The notes under the pieces were generated by a model. The model was not told the DNA's origin. It did no database searches and was given only the letters and a program-made list of their open reading frames with translations. Made by a program: the position numbers and the translations under genes. Shown here one piece after another: positions 50,001 through 62,000 of a DNA stretch of 64,000 bases (position 1 is its first letter; every line of letters starts with the position of its first letter). The stretch is from Phoronis australis (Eukaryota; Animalia; Phoronida). The stretch spans positions 62,001 through 126,000 of the forward strand of contig NMRA01000322.1 of NCBI GenBank assembly GCA_002633005.1, in the 5' to 3' direction.

Positions 50001-53000
50001 TGTTACGCCCTGTTGGGTGGGAGCACAAATTATGTTGAGTAATTTTTTAACCAAATTTAAACACTGTTTGACTTCTAGCGGAAAAATGAACGCCAAATAA
50101 ATGAATCGCCATTTCGCACTTGTCAATGTTAAATTCTTAGTCGATTTGCTTTGGGGTTTACATGTGTGTTCAAGCGGTGGCCATGAATTTTTGTCGAATA
50201 AGCTGGCATAAACAATGCATTCATGGGTCATTTTCAAATTGCCATCTTAGGGATGGCTAACCCCTATGAACTCTGAATTCTTTTTGGGTCTCTAATGGTT
50301 TCGGTGTTCTTGCAGATAACAGAAATCCTATCACGTTAAGGAATAATATGAGACTGATTTTATAAGAGTAAAACGCTTAATTCGACTTTTGTTTTTGGCC
50401 AGACAAACTGGGAGAAATACAGCTTTAAGCACTTGCATTCCTAGGAGAAGGCGAAGTTGGAATGGGGTAATTATTTTTCTTGAGAATTCCCAATCGCCCC
50501 AAAAGTAATCTTTACCCGTAACGTTGTGACTTTGAATGTATCAGACACCTTGAAACGTCGGGTGGAATGTGTCTCAGTATTTGAATCCCACGAGGATTAC
50601 TGGAAAACCGTGAAACTTGACAAGAAAATATTTTCCCTGTGCTTACAGTGCTGTCCCCAATAGAACAATTCTTCTTCCGTTGAGTTGGTGCCAGTCGCCA
50701 AGTCGGTGCCGTTAGGGTACTTGAAGTCGTTGTTCATATCACCATCAAAATTCCCCAACATTCCCGTCAGCTTGCCAGCCCAGTCACCAGGAGCGACAAC
50801 CACAACCAGCATGAGGTTGTACTTGACGGTGACCTGAACGCTAACGCCGGATGAAAAGGCCATGACGTAGACGGTGTCGGAATTCTTGACCATTGTACTC
50901 AGGCGGACATTGTTCCACACCAGGGTATTACTGATATCCTGGCCAGCGTTGGCCACGAGGTTCTTATTTTTGTAGACGTCTGAAAAATGAAGTTTAAAGA
51001 ATACCTCAAACCAACATGAAACGATGATCACGTAACGCGGATGTTAACTGATGACGTCTTTACTACAAAATGACACGATTTCATCCCCAACTAGAAAGCA
51101 AACTACGCATTGATTCACGTAACATTTTTTTAATTTGTAAGTCTTAGGTTTTTCCCAAGTCAGGGGCGCTTTACTGCTTGAATTTTTTTCGAAAATTATG
51201 CGTTTGGATATTAGCAGGTGTGCGCCAAAAACGGCTGCAGGCGTTGTATACTCTCGACAAGTTGAAAAAGACTTTCAGGTCCACAACCCGGTAATAATAT
51301 TTTAAGTACTTAGTATTTTACAAAGCGCTACGTAAATTTTGCCTTTATTATAACTGTCACTTTATTAATTAAAACAACGTTTCGGCGTTTCTTAAAACAC
51401 CATACTCAGAAGAAAAAACAGTGGCCACCTTGCTAGGCCCAACAACAAGTAATGATACACAGACAGAGTCAGTTACACGGGAGTAACACTGACAACCTGT
51501 GGTGTTCCAGTTGCCTGTTGAGACTAAGCTCACCCCATTTGATATGTAGTCTCACTAATTTTCAGCTCCTTTGTTGTTTCTGCTTGGTGCATTATAGCAA
51601 AGTCATTGAAATAGCATTTTTCATAACAATGATTGGAGCTCTGCAGATGAATATTAATATGAGAACTTCTGTCAGAATTTAGATGTCCCCTGGTCCGGGA
51701 TTCAAATGGCGAAGTATCGCCTACATAACTGGAGCCACATCCAGCACAGATAAATGTGTACACTACCCTGGAACGTAGACCCATAGGAATTTTGTCCTTA
51801 AGATTGAATGAATTGCACAGTTTAAGAGACTTGTATGCTATTACAACTCTAATAAGTTAAATCTCTAACAGACAGGGTGTATCGCATTAACAACACTAGA
51901 TTTGATTCTGATGCTAAAGAAATTACATTAAAATTGCAAAAGAAAGGTTATCCGTTTGAAGTAGTCAATAGGGTACTGAAAGCAACACTTCAACGTAACC
52001 CTTGATACCAGTTGAGTAGTTAATATGAAAAAATAAATCCATTACTGGACTTACGGACTGAGTTAGCAAAGTTGCGTCCTCATCTCGAGGACTTCGGCAG
52101 TCCACTGAGGTGTCACGTGACTCATCATGTGATCAATAGCCCAGTTTGCGCGGGGGATCAATAAAGTCCAACAATTAGTGAGGCTTTCTAACAGAAATGT
52201 ATTTCATTGAGATTGTGTTTGTATTTTTTAACAAACTCTTGGCGAGAAGAGTATCATGTACTGTCAGAAAGCTGCGATTCCGAAGAATTCACACCAATTC
52301 TAAAGATTGCATACATAATACACAAAACAACACGCTCCTAAACTGTATTTCTATTAAGGTATGAAGGTATGATTTTTCTTTGTGGAGATGACAAGCTCAT
52401 TCTTACCAATGCCGTCCTGGGTACTGTTGAGCGCGAATTCCACTGTGTCACTAGAAGGGCTCGTCTGCTTGCCAGCGAAACCGGAATACACGGTGGCGCC
52501 CTGTGCGGTGCCATTCTTCATGACAAAAGATGTACGTGCCTGTAGCTCAAAGGTTCCGGCAAGTTTGCTGACAATGTACTCGCCATGTCCGTTGAATGAG
52601 AATGATTTGCCATCCAACGTACTGACATGTGGATCTCCAACGGCGCTGGCTAAAATTTATACGATTATATATCAATCACAAGGCTAGATATTATTAAATT
52701 TGTAACGAGGTCCCCACGACCTGATACGTCTGAGGGATTGTTTATTATATACTATCACACTCTTTCCTCGAATTCTTTGTCCCTTTTCGAGTGGCTGGTC
52801 GCCACCCGGTCTCACGTGCTGACAACGTCTGATTGGTACGAGGTCAAAGTTTACGGTTTCTACATTGTGTGATTGGACGTATCGCTTATATCGACGTCTG
52901 ACGTCTGGGCACGAATGCAAAGTAATATTCCATTAACAGGTCAGTCAATGCAAATACTGAAGTAAACCTTGGGGTAACGTGTTTCAGCTAATCAGAGGAC

Positions 53001-56000
53001 AGGGTTATCAGTGGACATTACAACCGCCGGTTAACCCATTTTCTTAACATTTTGGCAGGAACCTGAGGCCAGATTCGGACATGCTTCACTCAAATTTCAT
53101 GTAGCTACAACAGTCGCCTTATCCCCTGAGCTATTCAGCGTCTGATGCCATTCCAGGTGAAAATTGAATACTTAAATGAGGACGCGCAACCACCGCTTCT
53201 TCAACAAACTGCTTTCTACCGACACTTATTACGCTGTGGAAAAAGACGCCCAATTTCAAGAAAAATTGCACATTTAATACCATTTTTACTCACTTTTAAA
53301 TAATTGATCTCCAGTTTAAATGTGGGAATTTTTGAATTGGGCATTGAACTGAGTAACCAGTTGAAACCTACTTTAGCAGCGGATCAGACGATATTTTTAC
53401 GGTAGAAGCTTAAAAACATTGTTTTAACAAGTATGACTGGGCGTTTCTTAAAAGGTCAACACCTCCGACCGTGGGCCTCTGACATACATGTAGAAAGTAG
53501 TTCCAAAGCCGAGGTAAGAGGAGAAAAGCAGATCGATTCATTGCTATAGTTCATTATATTGCATAAGTATAGTACATGTTCTCAGTCGTTATACTCCTCA
53601 TCTACGCCTAGAGCCCTCATAGACTTTTGATAATTCTCTAAATCCAAAATCGACGAGAGCTCTAAAGTACGGCATAATATATGATATGTAATATGTACCT
53701 CATTAAATAAAATGCGGTAAGTCAGGGATGTCTTCAATGATGCATGTATTTCAAAGTATACCGATATCACGCAACACTACATTTATGCAAAGCGAAATCT
53801 ACGTGTCACAGAAAAGAGTGCTCGATTGTTCGCCTGATAGCTCAAGGGCAGCCCTTTTAGGGACAAGCAGTGATCTTGGATATGAAACAAATGTGCAACA
53901 CACCTCGAAAAAGAACTCTATTAAATCGTCCTACAACTGTAAGATGGCATGTCGCTGAAGTTTATCTTTGTAAATTATCAGTCCGTTATTTTTCTATTAC
54001 TGCCAAAGTGACGTGATATAAAAGTATATTATCACCTGGTAAAGACTTCTCAATAACAGTCGTAAAACAAAATTAAATTTAATTAGTACATGCGACTACA
54101 CAACTGCCTCTTCCAACAATACGGCAAATCCTTTTTCCTGAAGCTCTAGCGCAAACGTCCTGCGACATAAGTTGCGTGTGCTGCCAATAGACTAGTCCTT
54201 ATACTACTTGCAGTAGAATTATTTCCCTTTTTGATAGTACTTTTAACACCTGGCGTGCGTTCAGTAACGCTGGTACCTAGCTAAAATCTAGCCAAAGTCA
54301 AGTGTTCTCTTGAAAATACACGGCAATATGTCACGTAATCTCGCGTTGGTTTTAAGCGAGGTCCTAGCGTTACTGAACGGGAGGCTGGTGTTTTCAGCAC
54401 CTCATTGGAGACTAGTTGGGTAACCACTGAATAACAGCTTGGGAGTGGCAGCCTTCTTTAAATGGCGAGTAGAAAAGTCTATATCAGAGAATGGATTCAC
54501 ATTTAATGGTAAGCCACAATTTGTTACAACTCAAAATTTGCAGCATTTTTGGCGCCTTTTACATGTACAAATCTCAACGATTTCACTTCCATGACAAAGG
54601 CGAGGCACCGTATTTGTTTGGTGATGTTCAATTAGTGAAAAAAGGAACCACCACTTGATGGAGCATAAAATAACTGTAAATGCAAAAAGCCCTAATAGCC
54701 GTGATGGCTCACATTTTGCCGTAGAATTCACAAAATGTCACAGGAAACAGGTTTTGTGACAGAAAATCACCATGTCAAAGGAAATTCAATCTCTAAATGT
54801 TGATGTCGAGAGTGCTTTTAACGTGTGGTGTGTGCATATTGCATTTTATTTTGAATTAATTAAGGATTCAACTTCTAAATCGAGAATAACCAAATAACGC
54901 TCACCTTGTCCTTTGCTGGTGAAATTAGCGCTGGACGTCAGAGGGCGGCGACCCAAAAACTGCTCACAAAGAGCGTCGCTGCTGGCAAACGAGTCTCGGT
55001 TGGCGTTAGAGCAACACGACCAGGCAGCGTCAATGTCTGTTGTGTCCTTGGCCCCAGAGAATCGCCTATAGATGTTAAAGAATCCGGCCTCCTCGCCTTC
55101 TTCAACCAACGCTGTGCCCTTGTAACAAGCTCGAATGGTCAGTGCTTGACCATTTGCATCCAGGAAGTTAGTGTTCTTAATGTAGCATGTGACACCGGCT
55201 GGGATTCTTGGATCAGTGATTGTGTCAAAGAAGGAAGGGTCAATTTGACCTGCAGCGCTGGGTGCAGTATTGAATTTCAACGGCTCAAACGTTATGCTGT
55301 TTGTGGTGTCGTAGGCTTTGTCGGCATCGATCCATTTCTTACAGGTGTAGCCTGGATGGTCGTATGACTGCGCATTATTAGACAGTTTGTACACAAATCT
55401 GCCTTTGACAGATTGCCCACTCTGGGTTTGGGCGTCCATGCGAGATAGCAATGTTTGGTCGGAATTCTTCGTCACATCGAGGTAGGAATAGGTGTATTCT
55501 GTGGCACTTGAGGGAGTCTTGACTCCAACACGAGCCTGGAAATTCTTGACACCAGCAGCAGACAGAGTCTTCTTCCACAGCATGGCTCGGTCAGCGTAAA
55601 CAAAGCCAGTGACAGTGTTCTTATAGTCCGAAGTGACCACGCACTGGAAGGTGACGGTCTTGCTGTCAGCTGAGGGGTCTCCCATTTTGCTCCAAGTAAA
55701 CACCATGGCGTACTCAGGATGGAACTCATACGGCAAATCAGTCATATTGGCAAGTTTCTTAGCAAAAGCCAACGCGGCGGTGGTCTCGGCGTTGTTGGAA
55801 TCAGAGTTTACAAACGTCTTGTAAAACAAGCCTCTTGTAGTATCCGCTTTGTTCTTAACATCCATGCCAGCCCAGAAGGGAGCGATGATCACGCTCTCTT
55901 TATACTCTGATGGGAGAACAAGGGCACTCAGAGTATCTTCGCTCGGGTTTTGGAACCCCTTTCGCCTTTCGGTAGTAGTACTCTGGTCCACGTCAACCAA

Positions 56001-59000
56001 CAAAACGGCACCAGTGCGTGTGGCGTATGCAACACGTGCATACTTGCCAGAGCCATAGGGCAGACTAATCGGAGCCTGAATGTAGGGTGTGTATGAGTCT
56101 GTAGTTCTGGTGTGAGTTGAAAAGGCCAACAGGCGATCCTCTGAAAATCAGTGTCAAAGTTATGACTTAAAAATATAATAATCATCATCTGTGTGCAGAT
56201 CAAAACTTTTTAAAGGGATACTATCTTCGGCGTCCCCTCTTACGACCTACACATGAACACTGAAAAGATGTTACCGGTAAGTACATCTAATAAGCTGGTC
56301 TGCCTTAGCAGCAGTTGGTTTCTACAATCAAACCAATTGAGACATCACCGACAATTGATATGAAGCTGTTTTAAAAGGGTTTACTTTTTGGCTACCGTAC
56401 TTGCTGATAGCCTGCACGAGGATTTATCGTTTTCCATTAGAGCATGAAAAGTTTTGACAGACATTTTTGAGATTGAGCAACTTTATGTAATTTGCGTTTC
56501 AGTTTTACAGGGGCCGAAAGGTCTCTTTATTTGCTCATATTTGCTCTTTAGAAATTTGTTTCATTATCATGTTACAGCTAGACCTTGATGGAAAAAGAAA
56601 CGTCCAAGCAAATGACGATTATGTCAGTCAAAATATTTTCTACTTAGCAACTTTTGACTGCCTTCGAACAACCAAGGCATCTTAAACAACTGACACAATA
56701 TCTCACCAGTGCAGATTTTGCCATCTCCATTGCTGTAGGGAGCCTTGCACGCGCAAGTGAACGATCCGTCAGTGTTGGTGCATGTGGCCCTATCGGCGCT
56801 GTCACAATCAGCCTTATTGAGGCTGCACTCGTCTATATCTGTAACGGTGGAAGTGTAAAGTAGGTTGAACACCAAACAGCAGCTCCAGTATAGGCGCATG
56901 GGCCTAAATATGCACATATAAGCTCTGCATTATATAGAGTGACTGAAGTTTCGTTAAACTAGCTACTTTGAAAAATTGACATGAGCATATATCAACACAG
57001 GTTAGCATAAAGATAGTTGCAGATTCGTCAGTAAGAACAACAAATGAGATAAATTTGACTGAGCGTATGCTAAAGTTGTGCGTATGTTTCAGAAGTAAAA
57101 CATGTCCGCGTACCGTTACACTTTTTGGTGGCCTGATCGTACGTATATCCAGTCATGCAGGTACACTCGTAACTTCCGGCTGTGTTGATACAGCCGCTGA
57201 CTCCCTTGGCCCAGGAACCAGGTGATCCGCACTCGCTTGTTGCCTTGCATTCATCGATGTCTGTAAAATCATATTAAGCTGCATAGGTCCATTTTAGTAT
57301 CCATTTGCTACAGTTTCTGAACACACGTATTAATGTTGGTTTTTATTAAATATCCATGTTAAACTCCTGCCCAGCTAATTATTGCATGGTGTCGTTGTAG
57401 TAAATATCTCATTTGCGAGCGTTTTTACTTTCATGAGATTTGTCGCAAAATCCAGTGGCCTCCTACTCAGAAAAGAGGTGTTGCTCTTGTCGTTCTTCAA
57501 CGCTGCTATGTATCCAAATGTGTCCTTTGTTCGCTCTTAATCAACACAACGTAGCCCCTGACGTGCATTGTAACCAAAACGCTAATGTAGTTACCACTAC
57601 AGTTTAGAATGATCAGTTTCACCGGCTTTGTTTACAAGATGTCGTGAACGGGCGGGTTTGAGGAAGGAGTGACAATGAAGACCGAGTGGCAAAAGTGTTC
57701 GTTTATTGTGAGGAGAATTTGCAATTTTAATTACCAAATCTTCTCCAGTGTACTTCGTGTCTTTAGTTTTTGAAATGTATAGTAAACGTAAATTCATGCA
57801 CTTGAATTGAGCTTAAACCGTGGCTGATCTGCTTAGTTTTGGTCACGTGTGGGTGGTTATTTGGTCACGTGGCATTTTGGCTTGTTGCACGGACACGTGA
57901 CACGATTATTGCATGGCCGTGTAAAGACGCATGTGGTAGATGTATAGTGCCTAATAATTGGCGGCGTCCATATCTTCATGAAATTCACAGAGAAGAATTA
58001 TTATAGTTCTTATCAAAAAAATGCACTGATTCATATACAATGATAAAATTATAAGATGACCTAGTTAACTATTTTTGATGATATTGTTTGCTCAGCCCTT
58101 ACCCAGACAGCTTTTCTTGTCTGCAGAGGTTTTGTAACCTTTGGAACACAAGCACTCGTATTCACCACACTCCGTGTCAAGACACTCGTGCAGCTTATTT
58201 TCTACGCTGTTGCCGCAAGTGTTGGGGTTATCGCACAGCCTCAGTGAGCACGGACACGCTGGTTTTCCAGGACAAACTTGCTCCTCGAATGTCTCTCCGA
58301 TGCATCCATTTCGGCTAGTGCCATCCAGGTCTGTGCACGTGCGTGTCCTGTTTTGCAAGGGGTCGCCACACTCGCGGTTGCAGGGTCCCCAAGAGGTCCA
58401 TTCGGAAAGGAAACTGGCGACTGTAACATTTAGTATAATATTACTACATGTAGTTACATGTACAGTACATTGATTTTGGTATCGTTGGTGTTAACCTTAC
58501 ACAGTGGTTCTTTCGTTTGCTCGATGTAACAGGCGTGTTTAAACCAAATTATATCAGAACTGCGAATGGTACTTTTAAACACCATGTGATGGATAAGGCT
58601 AACTCACGTGTGTCGCAGTGGGTTCCAGATGTGAAGTTAGCGCACTGGCAAGTGTAGCTGTTCACTCCATCTACACATGTGCTGTTGTATTTACAAGGGT
58701 TGCTGGCACACTCGTTGATGTCTGAAGATGAATAAGACAATGTTACATTGACATTTTCAAACGCATTGTCGGCGAGAAATTTTTCAGAAATTAGGAGCAG
58801 CGCAAAGTCGAGCCCACTACATCCACTCTACCAAAATCATGCGTGAAGTAGTAGAATATTTTTAGTATTTAACTGGTAAAGGCACTGACTACGGTTTCAG
58901 CGAATGTCTGTCAGACCACGCCAAGAATCGAAGATTTGTAAAAAGATCCCAAAACCATAACATAACGGATTTTGTTATTTTATGACTGACTGGTGAAAGC

Positions 59001-62000
59001 CAGTCACTTCAGCCACAATTCCAGAAATGGGTCCCTTTTAGAAAATAGGAAAGTGATGCGTGGTACTCTTAGAGAGTAGGTATGTAAATCACGGCAATCC
59101 AGGACCAAGGAACTGTCACGTAGGCGATAATGTTCTCGGTACGATGACACTTGATTTTGGATGGACGCTACAGGCTCACTCGTGCCAGTGTTTAAGTGAC
59201 TTCTTGACTGCTTTATAGACACTAAAATATGTCGTGATCACCACAATATCTATGTGACACATACATAACTGACTTTAAAAGTTCACTCAACCAAGTTTTT
59301 CGCATACAATTTCATCTTTGAGTGGCTTTCAGAAAGTAGACTAAAGCAATTTCTACTGTCGAAAACACGTTGACAACGTAGATAGAAAATAATACATTTG
59401 CCTTAATTCTAGTTACATTTTTGATAAACCATTTTTACTCAGATGGAGATTTTATCTCGCAAATCTTAATCTGGTTTCCATAACGACAACGGCGGTTTCT
59501 ATGAGGGCCCAGGGGTTTAAGCCTTCCTCGGATGGCACCACCAAAATAGGAAAAACTCCTTCGGCAGGTCAAAACGACGACGCTGACCCAGTATCCCATC
59601 CCCTTTTGAAATTGCTAACCCATACACCTTCTTCCTGTAGGTGTAACTCTATGAAAGTTGTTTTGTGTTGTGTTGTTTTGTATTATTCCATTTGTATGAA
59701 CTCGTATTTGAAAGCATTTTTGTTGCTACTTACTACTGCAGTCGATAGCGCTTCCGCCCCAAGATTTGTTGGCGCCACAAGTTCGCGTCTGGTTGCCCCC
59801 GCTTTGAGTAAAGCCTGCGTGGCAACTGTACGTGGCAGTGTCTTGGTAGTCATTAGTATTGCTGGACACGTTCGAGTTTGCATTCTTATTTGGTGCGCCG
59901 CAGGAAACTTTACTACACATCAGAGCCGAGCTGTTCCAAGACTTATTAGCGCTGCAAGCAATGGCGGCGCTACCAGATGATGATTCGTAGCCGACGGCGC
60001 AGGTAAATGTGACGACGTCCATGTATAAGGTTCCATTGCCGTGTTGGACGGTGTTGGCATCTTTCGATGGCTGACCGCAGCTAACCTCTGAAACATTTAA
60101 AGATAATGATACACTCATACACTGCAGAACAGGATTTTAGAATAAACTGAGTGTCACCATTGGTGTAAGGTCACTAACATTTTCTTTCAAATGCAGATGA
60201 AAACAAAGAATTAATTCAATAATAATACTGAAATACTTGGACGCGGTTTCAGCAATTTAAAATTTATTATCTTCATAGAGGAAAATTAAAACCTGTAGCA
60301 TAGTTTGCTCACCTGAAAAACAGTTTTGCTTAGGTTTTATTGAAGTTCTTTAATCACAGCTCATTTTAAAAAGCCAGTTCAGGTATCACATCGCCCAGTA
60401 AAAGGAAACAACACTCGAGTTGCATACATGTACTTCAATTTGCGGGATCAATGAGTTAAGAATAATGCCGCTTACTCGATGAACAGTTGACTCCTTCGTA
60501 CCCAGCGTTACAGGTGCAGTTGTACGATGACACGTGGTTGTTGCATGTTCCGTGGACGCATGGGTTTCCAGCACAAGCGTCCGCTGGGACGCTGGAAGAC
60601 GTGGCAGCAACAGAGGATGAAGAGGCTGGTGTCGCAGATACGGAATCGCTGGCAGACCCAGAAGCTGATGCCGCTTGAGATACCACCGAAGAGCTCGGAG
60701 TTGCCTGCTGAGAAACGCTCGACGAGGTAGCAGCGGAGGTTTGGGCAGCAACTGACGAAGATGTTGCTGCAGAAGAAGACACTAAACATCAACAAATTAA
60801 CAGATTTGGCACAGTTTGCAAGGGTTGTGACTTCCATTGCCAAGTTTGACTCTTTGTGCGATGAGAAGTCATCTCACAGCATAGATAATGCTCACCGTCT
60901 CTAGCTGGCTCAGTAGAGACAGTGACGCTCCTATAGCCGCTTCATAGAGGGACATCTTAAGAGGCTGTCGACGTATTTAATTTCTTCCAACTCGAAAAAG
61001 CACTACCGTTATCAAACTTTTTCTTTGACCAGTCCTTCGTCCAGTTCCCAAAATTGGTAACTCGCCAATTTTACATAGCGCACGCCAGAGGATATGACGT
61101 CGTACCATCCGCCGCGTGCAGTGTTAAAAATGGCGAGTTGGGAACTGAACAAGAGACTGCTCAAAGAAAAAGTTTGATAACGGGAGTATCTCTTCGAGCT
61201 GGCAACAATTAAATACATCCACGGCCACCTACAGTAAGATGTCCCTCTATGCGCAAAAGGTATTTATGACAATGTGACTTTGAGGTTTTAGTCAGTGTGA
61301 GGAATAACTCGCCGAAAGGCTTCCGGCGTTTGAAGCACCCATAGGAGCTCCACAGTCTATACTGGCCCAGCGAGAGACGGTGATCACTTTCTATTCACAG
61401 CAAGCCTATACTTATTGTGCGACAGCGTCAATTCCACGCATCACTGTGACGGAATATAATTTGGACAGATCAGCCATATTTCCTTTCAATTTGTCCAAAT
61501 ATCCATCAGGGCCAACCGCGCTCGTGAGTCTGAGTAGATATCTGACAGGAGTCACAGTATACATGTAGTTACATGCGCGCACCTTGGGGGCTCGGGGAAT
61601 CGAACGAGCCCCCTCATTTGGCGAAGTGGGCAAAAAGATCAGCCTCAGAGAATCAAAAACTCCGAAAAAAGTAGAAAACGAGACAAAAGTTCACTAAAAT
61701 TCGGCGAATGCACAATTCATAGCTTTTGAACGTGCCTCTTGAATCTTAGTTAAAGGTCCACATTCTCAAACATTTGAGCCCTACATTTTTAGGCGTGCGC
61801 GCGTGAGTTAGTAGTGACAAGCGTGTGTAACACGATTCAAACTGAATTTATCTTGGGCGATTTCAAGATCGGACTTAAGCGGAAAGCGCATAAAAAACGC
61901 TTTAGTTAAACTTGACTACACTTAGTGGTCGCGCAACATTGTTAATCAGTTGAGGAGCAAGAGGATTCTGACCAAAGAGTATTTTTTGTAAATCTGCAGT

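Noticed and set aside
35408-60730. Many plus-strand ORFs overlapping the mucin-like exons
   Set aside because: Antisense shadows of GC-richer coding exons
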